Assembly: GCA_903845155.1 (NCBI GenBank)
Contig: CAIMWN010000250.1
Location: 2,550 to 66,549 of the forward strand
Length of the DNA: 64,000 bases
Origin: Oligoflexia bacterium
Lineage (GTDB): Bacteria > Bdellovibrionota > UBA1018 > CAIMNF01
Direction of reading: 5' to 3'
In this document: positions 27,881 through 38,458 of the stretch, piece by piece
Layout: every line of letters starts with the position of its first letter
Position numbering within the stretch: position 1 is the first letter of the stretch
The notes under the pieces: generated by a model
Database searches by the model: none
What the model saw: only the letters and a program-made list of their open reading frames with translations
What the model was told of the DNA's origin: nothing
Program-made: the position numbers and the translations under genes

Positions 27881-28492
27881 ATGATGGAATCAATGGCTTA
27901 CAACAAAAAAGATCACTATTACTATAAGGCAAAGGAAGAGAATTTTGCCGCTCGTTCTATCTATAAGCTTGAAGAAATTGATCAAAAGTACCGGATCATT
28001 AAGGCGGGAATGAAGGTGCTAGATTTGGGTGCTGCTCCGGGTTCATGGTCGCAGTATCTCTCTCAAAAAGTGGGTGAAAAAGGCAGGGTACTTGGGGTCG
28101 ATCTAATTAAAGTCGAGCTCACATTGGCAAATGCAGTGTTCATACACGCTGACCTTCGTGATTTGAACCTGGACAAAATTTTTATTGAGAATGGTTTTGA
28201 GCCCATTTTTGATGGTGTTTTCTCAGATATGGCCCCCAAGACCACCGGAATACGCATTACCGATCAAGCGCGCTCAATGGAGTTATGCGAACTAGCGCTC
28301 CATGTTTCAGATCGTTTCTTAAAGCCGGGCGGTAATTTTGTATGTAAGTTCTTCCATTCGGATGACTTTACGGAACTCCGGAAAATGATGATTGAACGCT
28401 TTGGTAAGGTGGAAGTATTGCGCCCTCAAAGCACTCGAAAAGAGAGCAAGGAAATTTTTCTCATTGGGGTATCGAAGAAAAAAGCCACGTAA
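27881..28492 (+). CDS. rlmE: 23S rRNA (uridine2552-2'-O)-methyltransferase RlmE/FtsJ
   Basis: ARSIYKLEEID, SAM motif LDLGAAPGSWSQ, SDMAPKTTG, FVCKFF. Confidence 0.88.
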   Translation: MMESMAYNKKDHYYYKAKEENFAARSIYKLEEIDQKYRIIKAGMKVLDLGAAPGSWSQYLSQKVGEKGRVLGVDLIKVELTLANAVFIHADLRDLNLDKIFIENGFEPIFDGVFSDMAPKTTGIRITDQARSMELCELALHVSDRFLKPGGNFVCKFFHSDDFTELRKMMIERFGKVEVLRPQSTRKESKEIFLIGVSKKKAT

Positions 28493-28590
28493 TTTCAGCT
28501 GTTTGCAATTAAACTAAATTAATGTAATATAAAATTGACCTCCTTCAGAACGCGTGATATTTCCACTGCGCTTAACGAAGAGAGAGAGTC

Positions 28591-29103
28591 ATGAAGTATT
28601 GTTTATTCAGAAGAAAAATTGTAATCGCAATGCTCCTGTTGCTGTATTTAACGCCGGTATTTTCTCAGGCAGCATTGGTCCCCGCTATTCGTGTAACTTC
28701 AGATTATTTTCCAACGCATGAATACGAGCTTGGGTTTGATCTGAATCAGCAGAATTTAATTGAGCAAATTTATTTTCAAAACTCCGACCACGAGCAATTT
28801 CTCTATACGTTGAAAGACCTTCAGAGATTCGTGACCATTTTTAGAGTCTCTTTCATAAAGTTGGTTAAGCTCAGAATTGTATCTATGGATTCTCGCGAGT
28901 CCGCATTGATTGAGATGCAATATGTTCATAGCTACGTGAGCGGGAAAAAGATGAGCCTTTTTTTCTCCGTAAAGTTAAATCCCTTTACGCATCAATATGA
29001 CGTGATTGACCAAAGGACCGGACAAGTGATTCATGAAGTGATCGCCAAGACCAACTTCAGTGGTGCAATTCCAATTGGGATTGCAGAAATTCAGACGGAG
29101 TGA
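28591..29103 (+). CDS. Secreted hypothetical protein, tandem paralogue 1
   Basis: 170 aa. Signal peptide ...LYLTPVFSQA/A. Colinear similarity to the next ORF (for example LNPFTHQYDVIDQRTGQVIHE / FNPRTANFEAIDHDTSRVITQ, and the endings GIAEIQTE / GIDEIRTQ). Confidence 0.5.
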   Translation: MKYCLFRRKIVIAMLLLLYLTPVFSQAALVPAIRVTSDYFPTHEYELGFDLNQQNLIEQIYFQNSDHEQFLYTLKDLQRFVTIFRVSFIKLVKLRIVSMDSRESALIEMQYVHSYVSGKKMSLFFSVKLNPFTHQYDVIDQRTGQVIHEVIAKTNFSGAIPIGIAEIQTE

Positions 29104-29107
29104 AGGA

Positions 29108-29602
29108 ATGAATAAACTATTATTTTTGCTAGGTGCTTTTATATACTCTAGTGCTGCATTTGCCAGTGATATTTATATGGTGAAGCTCAGCGCGCAGGAG
29201 ACCGGAAAACAGGTTTGGGATTTGGGAATACAGACCGATAAGCATGATTCGATCGCGGGCATAGTGTATCGTGAACCTAACGGTGAAGTGTTGAGTTTTC
29301 CACTTGAAACGACTAATAGAAAAGCCAAGGTCGTTTTAAGAATTGCGGTGTACGATATTGTCTCTTTAAAAACTAAGGTGCTTGGATCACAGAAAATAGA
29401 AATGATCTTTAAGTATGTGTATCATTTCAATTTGATTAACCCTGTACGTCATGAAAAGAGAATTACTCTAGAGTTTAATCCAAGGACCGCGAATTTTGAA
29501 GCAATCGATCACGATACTAGTCGGGTGATTACTCAGGCCTATGCTTCAAGCCATTATGAAGATGGACGCTTGAAGGGAATCGACGAAATTAGAACTCAAT
29601 GA
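29108..29602 (+). CDS. Secreted hypothetical protein, tandem paralogue 2
   Basis: ORF trimmed to ATG 29108 (MNKLLFLLGAFIYSSAAFA/S), preceded by GAAGGA. Paralogous to 28591-29103. Confidence 0.5.
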   Translation: MNKLLFLLGAFIYSSAAFASDIYMVKLSAQETGKQVWDLGIQTDKHDSIAGIVYREPNGEVLSFPLETTNRKAKVVLRIAVYDIVSLKTKVLGSQKIEMIFKYVYHFNLINPVRHEKRITLEFNPRTANFEAIDHDTSRVITQAYASSHYEDGRLKGIDEIRTQ

Positions 29603-29614
29603 TATGTTCTTTCT

Positions 29615-31342
29615 ATGAATCAAACAGGTCATTCTTCGAGTCTTTCCTCACAAAAACATACGCCCATTCATGCTGCTCGTGGCACTACTTTATCCTGTAA
29701 AGGCTGGGTGCAAGAAGCTGCACTCCGCATGCTCATGAACAATCTCGATCCGGCCGTTGCGGAAAACCCAGATGAGCTCGTTGTTTACGGCGGCATCGGA
29801 AAGGCTGCACGCAATTGGGATTCTTATCATGCCATCGTGAGCACTCTTCAAAGTCTAAAATCGGATGAAACCTTACTGATTCAAAGCGGAAAACCCGTAG
29901 CGGTCTTTCGATCGCACGAAAACGCACCAAGAGTGTTGCTCTCGAATAGCATGCTCGTGCCGAATTGGGCGACCTGGGAGCATTTTCATGAACTCGATCA
30001 AAAGGGCCTAATGATGTATGGGCAAATGACTGCAGGTTCTTGGATCTACATTGGTACGCAGGGAATTGTTCAAGGAACTTATGAAACGTTTGCAGAAGCA
30101 GGACGCCAGCATTTTGGTGGAAGTCTGGCTGGTAAAGTAATTCTTACAGCGGGTTTGGGTGGGATGGGTGGCGCTCAGCCACTTGCGGCTTCTATTGCGG
30201 GAGCAGTTTCATTGACGATCGAAGTGGATCCCGTTCGTGCTCAGAGAAGAATTGAAACGCGTTACCTCGACGAACTGTTTGAGAATCTCGATGATGCGCT
30301 GAAGGCAGTTGAGAGTGCAAAGGCTAAGAAAGAAGCACGTTCTATTGGTGTGATCGGAAATGCGGTGGATGTGTTGGCCGAATTGCTCAAGCGAAATTTT
30401 TTACCCGAACTCCTGACTGATCAAACGAGCGCACACGACGAGTTGAATGGGTATATTCCCCAAGGTTTCTCGCTCGAGGGGGCGGCAAACTTAAGAAAAA
30501 ATAATCCTGAAAGCTATAAGCAAAAAGCAATTGCGAGTATGGGGTTACACGTGAGCTCCATGCTAGAATTTCAGAAACGGGGCACTATTGTTTTTGATTA
30601 TGGGAATAATATTCGCGCTCAAGCCGTAAAGGCCGGAGTGAAGAACGCCTTTAATTTTCCAGGTTTCGTGCCCGCTTACATTCGCCCACAATTTTGTGAA
30701 GGTCGCGGCCCATTTCGTTGGGTTGCACTCTCCGGCGACCCAGAAGATATAGCCGTGACCGATCGAGAGCTAAAAAAGCTATTTCCAAAGCACGAAGGTC
30801 TTCATCGTTGGATCGATGTAGCGAGCGAACGAATTGCATTTCAAGGGCTCCCTGCGCGCATTTGTTGGCTTGGTTTTGGTGAACGACTTAAGGCAGGACT
30901 CATGTTCAATGAGCTCGTAAGAACCGGAAAAGTAAAAGCACCAATTGTGATCGGACGCGATCATTTGGATTGCGGATCCGTAGCTTCGCCTAACCGCGAA
31001 ACAGAAGCGATGAAAGATGGTTCAGATGCGGTTGCGGATTGGCCAATTTTAAATGCCATGATCAATGCAGTAAACGGAGCTTCTTGGGTGAGTGTGCATC
31101 ATGGCGGTGGGGTGGGCATGGGGTATTCCATTCACTCTGGAATGGTGATTGTTGCTGATGGAACCGAAGAAGCGAAACTTAGAATCGAACGAGTGTTGAC
31201 GAGTGATCCAGGTATGGGAGTGGTTCGCCATGCGGACGCAGGCTATGAAATTGCGATAAAAAATGCGCAAGAAAAACTACCTGAATATGGAGCTCGAATG
31301 CCTATGTTAAACTCAACCAATCTCGAGAACAAAAAATCATGA
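29615..31342 (+). CDS. hutU: Urocanate hydratase HutU
   Basis: 575 aa, colinear with urocanase over the full length. [15 protein letters not shown]-binding loop, ...[12 protein letters not shown]. Confidence 0.95.
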   Translation: MNQTGHSSSLSSQKHTPIHAARGTTLSCKGWVQEAALRMLMNNLDPAVAENPDELVVYGGIGKAARNWDSYHAIVSTLQSLKSDETLLIQSGKPVAVFRSHENAPRVLLSNSMLVPNWATWEHFHELDQKGLMMYGQMTAGSWIYIGTQGIVQGTYETFAEAGRQHFGGSLAGKVILTAGLGGMGGAQPLAASIAGAVSLTIEVDPVRAQRRIETRYLDELFENLDDALKAVESAKAKKEARSIGVIGNAVDVLAELLKRNFLPELLTDQTSAHDELNGYIPQGFSLEGAANLRKNNPESYKQKAIASMGLHVSSMLEFQKRGTIVFDYGNNIRAQAVKAGVKNAFNFPGFVPAYIRPQFCEGRGPFRWVALSGDPEDIAVTDRELKKLFPKHEGLHRWIDVASERIAFQGLPARICWLGFGERLKAGLMFNELVRTGKVKAPIVIGRDHLDCGSVASPNRETEAMKDGSDAVADWPILNAMINAVNGASWVSVHHGGGVGMGYSIHSGMVIVADGTEEAKLRIERVLTSDPGMGVVRHADAGYEIAIKNAQEKLPEYGARMPMLNSTNLENKKS

Positions 31343-32532
31343 AAGCATTCATCCACGCAGCAAAAATTTATACCGGCGAAGCGATCATTAATAAAGAGGG
31401 GCGAATGTTAAAGCCCGCCGATGTAAGCGCCATAGCAGATGGTGCAATTGTATTTGATGAAAAGAAAATACATTGGGTGGGAACGACAAAGGAACTTCCT
31501 AAGAAATTTCAAAAGCTAAAAGCCACTCACTTAAAAAACAAGAACGCAATTATTCCAGGATTGATTGATTCACACACGCACTTGGTATTTGCTGGATCTC
31601 GAGCGCAGGAATTCGCCAGAAGATGTGCGGGCGCCACCTATCAAGAAATTGCCAATGAGGGTGGGGGAATACTGACCACGGTAAATGCAACCCGCGCAGC
31701 AAAGTTTGAAGAGTTGTTTGAGTCGGCCCTGAAGCGGGCGCTCATTGCTTACCGTCATGGCGTTCGCACGATTGAATGTAAATCGGGCTATGGTCTTGAT
31801 CATGAAACTGAAATAAAGTGTCTCAAAGTAGTCGCAGCCCTGAAGCAAGCGCTTCCACAAATGACCTTCATCTCTACTTACTTGGGTGCTCACGCTATTC
31901 CCATTGATCAAAAACGCAGCCAATACATTGATGAAATGCTTCATAAAACTTTACCTGCGGTAAAGAAGGCTCGCCTTGCCGACATTTGCGACGTCTTCAT
32001 TGATGAAGGGTATTATAGTCTTGCCGAGGGCGAGCGTATTTTGCGTACTGCTAAAAAGTTGGGTCTTCACACAAAAATTCATGCCGATGAATTGACTAAT
32101 TCCGAATCAGCCAGGCTCGCAGCAAAGCTTCACTCGCTTTCTGCCGATCATTTGTTAAAGATCTCTGAAAAAGGAATTGCAGCCCTCGCAAAATCAGATA
32201 CTGTCGCGACTCTTTTGCCCGGTACCGCTTTCTATTTGAAGGAAAAATATGCGCCGGCTCGCGCGTTGCTGGATGCGGGTGCTTGTGTTGCGGTTGCCAC
32301 CGATTTTAATCCTGGCTCTTGTTATTCGCTCAATCTTCCGCTCATGATGAACCTCAGTGCACTTTATATGCACATGAATTCGGCCGAGATTTTTGCCAGC
32401 GTCACCTATAGTGCGGCGAAATCGCTCGGCCTTCAGGAAACTAAAGGCGCACTTCTGCCGGGCTACGACTCTGATTTTATAGTGCTGCCTTACGATCACT
32501 TCGAAGAGATGTACTACAGAATGGGTTGGTAG
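31339..32532 (+). CDS. hutI: Imidazolonepropionase HutI
   Basis: Amidohydrolase motifs [17 protein letters not shown] and [13 protein letters not shown] overlap with hutU. Confidence 0.9.
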   Translation: MKAFIHAAKIYTGEAIINKEGRMLKPADVSAIADGAIVFDEKKIHWVGTTKELPKKFQKLKATHLKNKNAIIPGLIDSHTHLVFAGSRAQEFARRCAGATYQEIANEGGGILTTVNATRAAKFEELFESALKRALIAYRHGVRTIECKSGYGLDHETEIKCLKVVAALKQALPQMTFISTYLGAHAIPIDQKRSQYIDEMLHKTLPAVKKARLADICDVFIDEGYYSLAEGERILRTAKKLGLHTKIHADELTNSESARLAAKLHSLSADHLLKISEKGIAALAKSDTVATLLPGTAFYLKEKYAPARALLDAGACVAVATDFNPGSCYSLNLPLMMNLSALYMHMNSAEIFASVTYSAAKSLGLQETKGALLPGYDSDFIVLPYDHFEEMYYRMGW

Positions 32533-32709
32533 GTTATTTTCCGATCTTTCTTCCAATCATCGGCTTTGATTTTAAAGCTGACCATTTGCGTCAATAATTG
32601 CATTGTCCTTGTGTGTTAAATGAGACTTGAGAGTGCGCTAAGTCAATTGTAAGTCCGCAATTAAAGGATCTTCCTTTAAAATCCGAACTATACTGTTGAA
32701 GGAGTCTGA

Positions 32710-33270
32710 GTGAGTCTATTTAGAATTGCCCTCATCATCGTTATCGTTCTACCGGTACAGAGTTTCGCGCAGACCACACCGGGTGGGGGAGTTATCTTTC
32801 CTGGAAGTATTGATGCCAAGCCAGCTCCCTTAATTTTGAATGCTCATGTGGGTGATGGTGGAGTACTGACTCCCGTTGATTTAGCAAAAAGGTATCCTCA
32901 GCTCAGCAAGCTAGAGTCCGAAGTGAATATAATCGTAGCTCGTCAATTTGCACTTTGTTATCCACAGCTGAAGTTTTCAAATTTGGCGGAGTTCGCCACT
33001 GCATATAATTTAATCATAATCGAGATGATGGGGTCTTTTTTAAGTGCTCATCATGCTCCAGAGTTTCAATGTCCAGACACAGCAGCGACGACGAAGGCAC
33101 CTCAGTCAAATATAGAGCATTGTTTAACGATAAAAAACTCCTCAGAAGCTGCAAAAGTGAAGCTGTTTGTTTCTGACTCCTTAGTCCGAAATTATCTGGG
33201 CGAAAAGTATCCTAAAGCGGGCAAAGGTGTCGAAGAAATCATCTTCTTTTTGAGAACACTCGGTGGCTAA
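32710..33270 (+). CDS. Secreted hypothetical protein
   Basis: GTG start preceded by GAAGGAG. Signal peptide MSLFRIALIIVIVLPVQSFA/Q. 186 aa. No domain recognised. Confidence 0.5.
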   Translation: MSLFRIALIIVIVLPVQSFAQTTPGGGVIFPGSIDAKPAPLILNAHVGDGGVLTPVDLAKRYPQLSKLESEVNIIVARQFALCYPQLKFSNLAEFATAYNLIIIEMMGSFLSAHHAPEFQCPDTAATTKAPQSNIEHCLTIKNSSEAAKVKLFVSDSLVRNYLGEKYPKAGKGVEEIIFFLRTLGG

Positions 33271-33273
33271 TCT

Positions 33274-34440
33274 GTGAATCATAGGTCGAAGGCCTTTACA
33301 GAAGCGTTGCAATGCCTGAGCTCAGACCCCGCAAAGGCAAAGCGTTACCTTCAAGACAAGCGCCCGACCCTGCCTGAAAAACGAATAATTAAAGCAGGGC
33401 TTCAGTTACGTGATAATGACTTCGAAATTATTATTGAGAGCCTGACTTCCTTTACTGCAGCCGATGCATACATTGAGTCTCAACGACTTTTAATATTGGG
33501 AATTACTTATAATAATAAGTCCGAATTTAAAAAGGCGACCGAGCTTCTTGAGGAGTCCTATCGTGTTGGCAAGGGAACTCGTGGTCATCAACGGGAATTC
33601 GTAACTTTGTATAATTTATTCAATGCCTATTCCAATCGTCATGATGAAAAACGGATGCAGATTTATTTTGAGAAGCTGAACACGCTCGGATCGAAAAGTG
33701 TCTATGAAGCTATTGCACTCGGGCTATGTCAACTTGAATACCATCTTATCAAGAATGACCTCGTAAAGGCGAAAGCACTGAGTGAGGACTTGAATCCTTC
33801 CATGCCAATGATGATTGAACATCAAAAGATTTTTTTTATCTTGAAGAAGTTTTCTATATTTCTTCAGCTCAATGAATTGCCTGCGGCTTACTCCTGTATT
33901 GCCGAACTCAAATCTCATCGTAAATATCAGACGAGTAGCAATTATAAGTTTATAAAAAGCTTAACTCAGTACTTAGAAAAGGATGCACCCTTTTATATTT
34001 ACGAAAGTGATTTTGCCGAGGCACAAGAATTGTTTCATCAAATGAATGTCATCAAGGCCATCTCTGAAGGAGACCATAAAACTGCAAGTCTTCATTGGCA
34101 CGAGCTTCAGGAGACCAATCCCGAAGTTTATAGAGCAGACTTTGTCTTTAAGGGCATTAGAGGACTCTTCATGATCGCACTTAATAAAGCGCTCTCCGAA
34201 ACAACATTTAATACAAATGTGGTCGTAGCGTCAGGAGGCACGAAGGAAGAAAAATTTCTCGAAGTTCTGAAACAAAACAAAGGACCGCTCTCCAAGGTGA
34301 TTATTTACGAAATTCTCTATGGCAAAAAGCCCACTCTTAAGTCTGATTTTTTAAAACTGGCAGCGCTCGCATCTAATGTCCGAAAAAAGTTCGGAGTTTC
34401 CATTCAAACCCGTAAGGGGTGTTACTACCTCGCGTCTTAG
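33274..34440 (+). CDS. Putative transcriptional regulator: helical-repeat (TPR-like) N-terminal region plus C-terminal OmpR/PhoB-type winged helix
   Basis: 388 aa with a GTG start 3 nt after the upstream stop. The C-terminal ...LSKVIIYEILYGKKP...LAALASNVRKKFGVSIQTRKGCYYLAS resembles the trans_reg_C recognition helix and wing (xxRLRKKLxxxIxTVRGxGYxL). The upstream about 300 aa is helix-rich and repeat-like. Confidence 0.45.
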   Translation: MNHRSKAFTEALQCLSSDPAKAKRYLQDKRPTLPEKRIIKAGLQLRDNDFEIIIESLTSFTAADAYIESQRLLILGITYNNKSEFKKATELLEESYRVGKGTRGHQREFVTLYNLFNAYSNRHDEKRMQIYFEKLNTLGSKSVYEAIALGLCQLEYHLIKNDLVKAKALSEDLNPSMPMMIEHQKIFFILKKFSIFLQLNELPAAYSCIAELKSHRKYQTSSNYKFIKSLTQYLEKDAPFYIYESDFAEAQELFHQMNVIKAISEGDHKTASLHWHELQETNPEVYRADFVFKGIRGLFMIALNKALSETTFNTNVVVASGGTKEEKFLEVLKQNKGPLSKVIIYEILYGKKPTLKSDFLKLAALASNVRKKFGVSIQTRKGCYYLAS

Positions 34441-34459
34441 GGGTAATGTTTCTCTTTGA

Positions 34460-35305
34460 TTAATAATGCTTTTTTTGACGATGCATCTGTTTAGCATCTT
34501 TCCTAAGTTTTAGCAGAACTTCTGAACTAATGGATTTGGTGAAATAATCCATCATCAGCGGGTAATCTTGTTTAATGGCGTCGGCGAGTGCGTCAGGTTT
34601 CCCGTCGTACTCAACGGTTCCCTTAGTGTTAATTTCACGCCCTCCAGATACTACTTCTTCTAGGTCGAACTTTTTAACCCATAGGCTTTCTTCGCTTGAA
34701 ATATTCTTGATGATAAAGGTGATGGTGCCGTTCACTTTAAGCATAAATTGTCGGCCATTTTTAACTGAACTATTGGCCGAACTCGTTGTATTCCTTTTAC
34801 CGTGACGTCCACTTCGCGAATTGACTACATCGTTTGTGGAGTAATTTCCTCTGTTCCCGTAGTGATCAATGTTTCCGTTTGCATCTAAATAGATCACTTG
34901 AGTAGTGATCAATATTTTGGGGGCAAGAATGAGTGAAATGTCTTTTTTGTCAGCGAGTGTGATTTCATCATGGGAAGCATAGGGACCCATGGTGGTGACA
35001 CCCTTCGAAATCAGGATTTTATTCAGGTCGCTTGCCATTGAGGTTGCAAAACCTCTGCCTACTTTTGCGTAAGTTTGATCACTGAATGCACTGCCATCTT
35101 CTTTGTAACTAGGTGTGAGAATTGCCAAGTTAATTTTTACTGGAGTCACCTCTTTTTGCTCAGCAGGTGTGTAGCTAAAAGTATAACTCCCGCCCCAAGG
35201 GGAAACGGGAATGGGGTTTTCTTGCACTGGTTTGTCAGCGCAGGCGCTCATGAAGAGAAGGAATAAAACGGAGCTACTCAGCTTTATCGTTGTAGGTGCT
35301 TTCAT
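34460..35305 (-). CDS. Lipoprotein, function unknown
   Basis: Signal peptide with a lipobox-like LFMSA-C (MKAPTTIKLSSSVLFLLFMSAC). 281 aa. No domain recognised. Confidence 0.55.
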   Translation of the reverse strand: MKAPTTIKLSSSVLFLLFMSACADKPVQENPIPVSPWGGSYTFSYTPAEQKEVTPVKINLAILTPSYKEDGSAFSDQTYAKVGRGFATSMASDLNKILISKGVTTMGPYASHDEITLADKKDISLILAPKILITTQVIYLDANGNIDHYGNRGNYSTNDVVNSRSGRHGKRNTTSSANSSVKNGRQFMLKVNGTITFIIKNISSEESLWVKKFDLEEVVSGGREINTKGTVEYDGKPDALADAIKQDYPLMMDYFTKSISSEVLLKLRKDAKQMHRQKKHY

Positions 35306-35600
35306 TGTTTACGATTAAATCGCCGTTTCAGTAAAAAGTCTATGAATTCGGCCTTAGAATTAAAACGAATTCATTTAATTTGATCTTATAAAATTTCCGC
35401 CCATTTTAGTCAACTAAGGTTTATAACTGCTCTATCAGAAGTTGAACTCATGATTTAGTGCCCTAGTACTCCTGGTACGAAGGCGATGACGAGAGGATGC
35501 CGGGTGCTGATGAGGGTACCCGGCATTTATATGAAGAAAAATGCAGCGAAAAGTGCAACTTGAAAATGTGACTTTTTGAGAAATAGAAGGAAATAAATAA

Positions 35601-36878
35601 ATGTTGTTACACCGTTTTTTATTTTTAATATTGCTGGTGATTGGAGGGCACGCGCACGCGCAGGTGAATCGCAGGACTTCTGAGACTCTATATAATTTTT
35701 TTGATCAAACTCCAATGCCAAAAGCTGACCGCTTAAGAATTGAGGCATGGCTTCACGCTTTATACCCGAAGTCTCAACTTGAAAATTTAAAATGTAATTT
35801 TCATAGTGCGTCTAGAACTGATTTAATTCCGGTAGGCGAGAGCAGCATGGTTTTTGCGCAGGGCTTACAAACGCCAAATAGGACTTACTATTCAGTGAAG
35901 ACTGAAGCAAAAAAGTCCGTTTCCGCTCCGGTGACTACTCCAAATATCAATGTCAATACGCTCAGCGCGATCGTAGATTCAATGCAGGAAAACGATAAAA
36001 ATGCACATCTGCATGGATTGGAAATTTCAGTCGTTCATCTGAATCCGAACGGACTGGCAAAAATTGGCGTAAGTGTTGACGTTGCAGAGGCCGCATTGAG
36101 GAAGGTGATTCACAGTGAAAAAGAATTGAGATTTCTGAGCGAGGATCCGATTATTGATGATGGAGTGGTTGAAGCTCGTACGGTGAGCACCGTGGCGGAG
36201 GTGCGACCCATTCAAAAACATCAAGAGCGTTACTCTTACATTTCCCTGACTGCGAAATGTGAGTTGACTAAAATAAGTGCGAATCCTGTCTGCGGTAAAA
36301 AGCCTGCATTTGAAATAACCCCTGCGCAGATATTAACTTTCGCACCCCCTTCTCAGTTAAAAACTCCCATAGTGCGTAAGTTTGCGTGTCGTTCTCAAAC
36401 GGATGCGCCGACTTTGCCTGGTAAAAGCCTAGAAGCGGCTTACTCAGCAGACGCACTGATGAGCGGAATGATCCAAAGCGGATCACGTTTGGTACAGCAT
36501 TATGGGGAAATGCCTTTTAAGAGGATGCGCCTCCCTTCTGAAAATGAAAAATCGATTATATTACAAGGCGTCGATCAGCGAGCTCTGGTATACGCTCTCG
36601 AACAGAACAAATATATTGAGGCAAACTTAAACTATAATATGATTGCGTGTGAAGATTGGAACAAGCGTGCGAACGCACAGGTGAAATATGAGATCAATCA
36701 CGGAGATATTCAAAATGGTTATCTTAAAATAAGTTACGACGCCACTTTTCGACAAGTTTGTGGAAGCGATGTTTCTCCGTCTCTGCTTCCTGTAATTGAG
36801 CAAACCGAAGAGAATAATCTCATTAATTCTGAAAACTGGCTCATCGAAACTTGTGCTGAAGCATATTGGGTTGAGTAA
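35601..36878 (+). CDS. Secreted hypothetical protein
   Basis: 425 aa. Signal peptide MLLHRFLFLILLVIGGHAHA/Q. No domain recognised. Confidence 0.55.
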   Translation: MLLHRFLFLILLVIGGHAHAQVNRRTSETLYNFFDQTPMPKADRLRIEAWLHALYPKSQLENLKCNFHSASRTDLIPVGESSMVFAQGLQTPNRTYYSVKTEAKKSVSAPVTTPNINVNTLSAIVDSMQENDKNAHLHGLEISVVHLNPNGLAKIGVSVDVAEAALRKVIHSEKELRFLSEDPIIDDGVVEARTVSTVAEVRPIQKHQERYSYISLTAKCELTKISANPVCGKKPAFEITPAQILTFAPPSQLKTPIVRKFACRSQTDAPTLPGKSLEAAYSADALMSGMIQSGSRLVQHYGEMPFKRMRLPSENEKSIILQGVDQRALVYALEQNKYIEANLNYNMIACEDWNKRANAQVKYEINHGDIQNGYLKISYDATFRQVCGSDVSPSLLPVIEQTEENNLINSENWLIETCAEAYWVE

Positions 36879-36948
36879 GCTTGGTTCAAGACCAGGTTTA
36901 AATAATTCTTCCTGGACTCATCGTTTGAAAAATGAGAACGTCCCCCCC

Positions 36949-37758
36949 ATGAAGAGGCTATTCCTTCTTTTTTTACTTTTTCTTTTTTCCACCAATGCTC
37001 ACGCGTGCCAGGAAATGGAAGAGGTATTTCACGCGCAGTGGACTGAGCATTACAAAGTAATATTACCAAAAGGCTATTCACCGACCCATCGTTACGGTGC
37101 TGTTTATTTTCTTCACGGAAAAGGCGGTGATCGGCATCTGGTGGATGCATTAGGCATGTGTGCCGAACTAGATCGAATGGTAGACACAGGCGCGACTCCA
37201 TTTGTGGTGATTGCACCTGATGGTGGTAATGGATATTGGATGAATGGAGCACTCACTCAAGAACGTTGGGGAGATTTAGTCACTCATGATCTCATCCGAG
37301 ATGCAGAGAAAAAATATTCACTCATTTCGAATCAGGCAGGGCGAATCATTGCCGGCATTTCTATGGGGGGGCACGGTGCGATTCAGTTAACCCTCAATAA
37401 TCCGGGAATCTACGGAGCCGTCGCGGCCCATAGCCCCGTCTTTCGGACTCAGGCTCAGGCTTCGCAAGATTTTTATTATCAATTCGGTACGGGTATTGAG
37501 TACATGAAGCGTGACCCATTTTCAATGATGCAGGTTTTTGGAAAACGCTTCAATGTGCCTATTTATATGGATATGGGTGGCAGTGATCCGTGGATTACAA
37601 ATACGAGAAATTTTTTATCTTTACTTCAAGCATATGGATATACGCGCGAATTTCATGTGGGTGAGGATGCAGGTGGTGGTCACGAAATGGGCTACTGGCA
37701 ATATCATTTAAGCTCATATATGAGATGGTATTCAGCACATTTGCCTAGAGTGAATTAA
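36949..37758 (+). CDS. Secreted esterase (esterase D / putative-esterase family, alpha/beta fold)
   Basis: Trimmed to ATG 36949, giving the signal peptide MKRLFLLFLLFLFSTNAHA/C. Nucleophile elbow IAGISMGGHGA (GxSxG). FLHGKGGD oxyanion region. Confidence 0.65.
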   Translation: MKRLFLLFLLFLFSTNAHACQEMEEVFHAQWTEHYKVILPKGYSPTHRYGAVYFLHGKGGDRHLVDALGMCAELDRMVDTGATPFVVIAPDGGNGYWMNGALTQERWGDLVTHDLIRDAEKKYSLISNQAGRIIAGISMGGHGAIQLTLNNPGIYGAVAAHSPVFRTQAQASQDFYYQFGTGIEYMKRDPFSMMQVFGKRFNVPIYMDMGGSDPWITNTRNFLSLLQAYGYTREFHVGEDAGGGHEMGYWQYHLSSYMRWYSAHLPRVN

Positions 37759-37801
37759 CAGGGCGTTGAAATATAATACCGTTTTTCATTAAGCTGTTAA
37801 A

Positions 37802-38422
37802 TTATTCGTTCAGCCACTTGTCGAGCATTTGGTGAAGATCTTCGCCATTCCAATCGCGTTCACCTGATTCAATTAGTAGAATTTTTCTATTTTTATTAAT
37901 CAGTACGGTCAGCGGAATGGCGTGCACGTCAAACATTTCCGCGAGCGCATTGCTTTTGTCAGTGAAGATTGGAAATTTAATAATCATTTTCTTTTGCACA
38001 TCGGGAACCACTTGGCTTGGATTCTCGTCAACATTTACGCCCAATACTTCAAATCCTTTTGGTGCGTATTGATCTCGGAGTGCAACGATGGAGGGCATCT
38101 CAGACATACACGCTTCGCACCAGGTGGCCCAAAAGTTAATCATCGTGACTTTGGTCGAAACTTTTCCGAGCTCAGTTTGGGTGCCATCAAGGCGGGTCAT
38201 TTCTAAATTAGGTATTTCAGCACCTTCTGCAAGTTCGATCGGCTGAGTATTGAGTTTCACTTCTTTATGAACGGATGCCTTAACCGCCATGAGCGCACCA
38301 ATCACAATCGCTAAAATAATGGCGATCGGGAGAAATACTTTTCTCTTGCCTTGATTGCCAAGATCAGAGGTTTCTAAAGGTGGGTTGGATAAGTTCGGAT
38401 CATTTTGTGGTGAATCTTCCAT
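37802..38422 (-). CDS. TlpA/ResA-like thiol-disulfide oxidoreductase (thioredoxin fold), membrane-anchored
   Basis: N-terminal TM anchor (FLPIAIILAIVIGALMAV). Thioredoxin-like FWATWCEAC (CxxC) active site. Confidence 0.75.
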   Translation of the reverse strand: MEDSPQNDPNLSNPPLETSDLGNQGKRKVFLPIAIILAIVIGALMAVKASVHKEVKLNTQPIELAEGAEIPNLEMTRLDGTQTELGKVSTKVTMINFWATWCEACMSEMPSIVALRDQYAPKGFEVLGVNVDENPSQVVPDVQKKMIIKFPIFTDKSNALAEMFDVHAIPLTVLINKNRKILLIESGERDWNGEDLHQMLDKWLNE

Positions 38423-38458
38423 ATTGCTAGAGTTTAGCCTAGAATAGAAGATGTGGAA

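Noticed and set aside
35497-35526. Hairpin ATGCCGGGT-GCTGATGAGGGT-ACCCGGCAT containing CTGATGAG, the hammerhead-ribozyme core motif
   Set aside because: The remaining hammerhead architecture is missing. No stem II hairpin followed by GAAA sits directly after CUGAUGA, and there is no stem III or cleavage-site context. The motif sits in a hairpin loop, so this is most likely coincidence.
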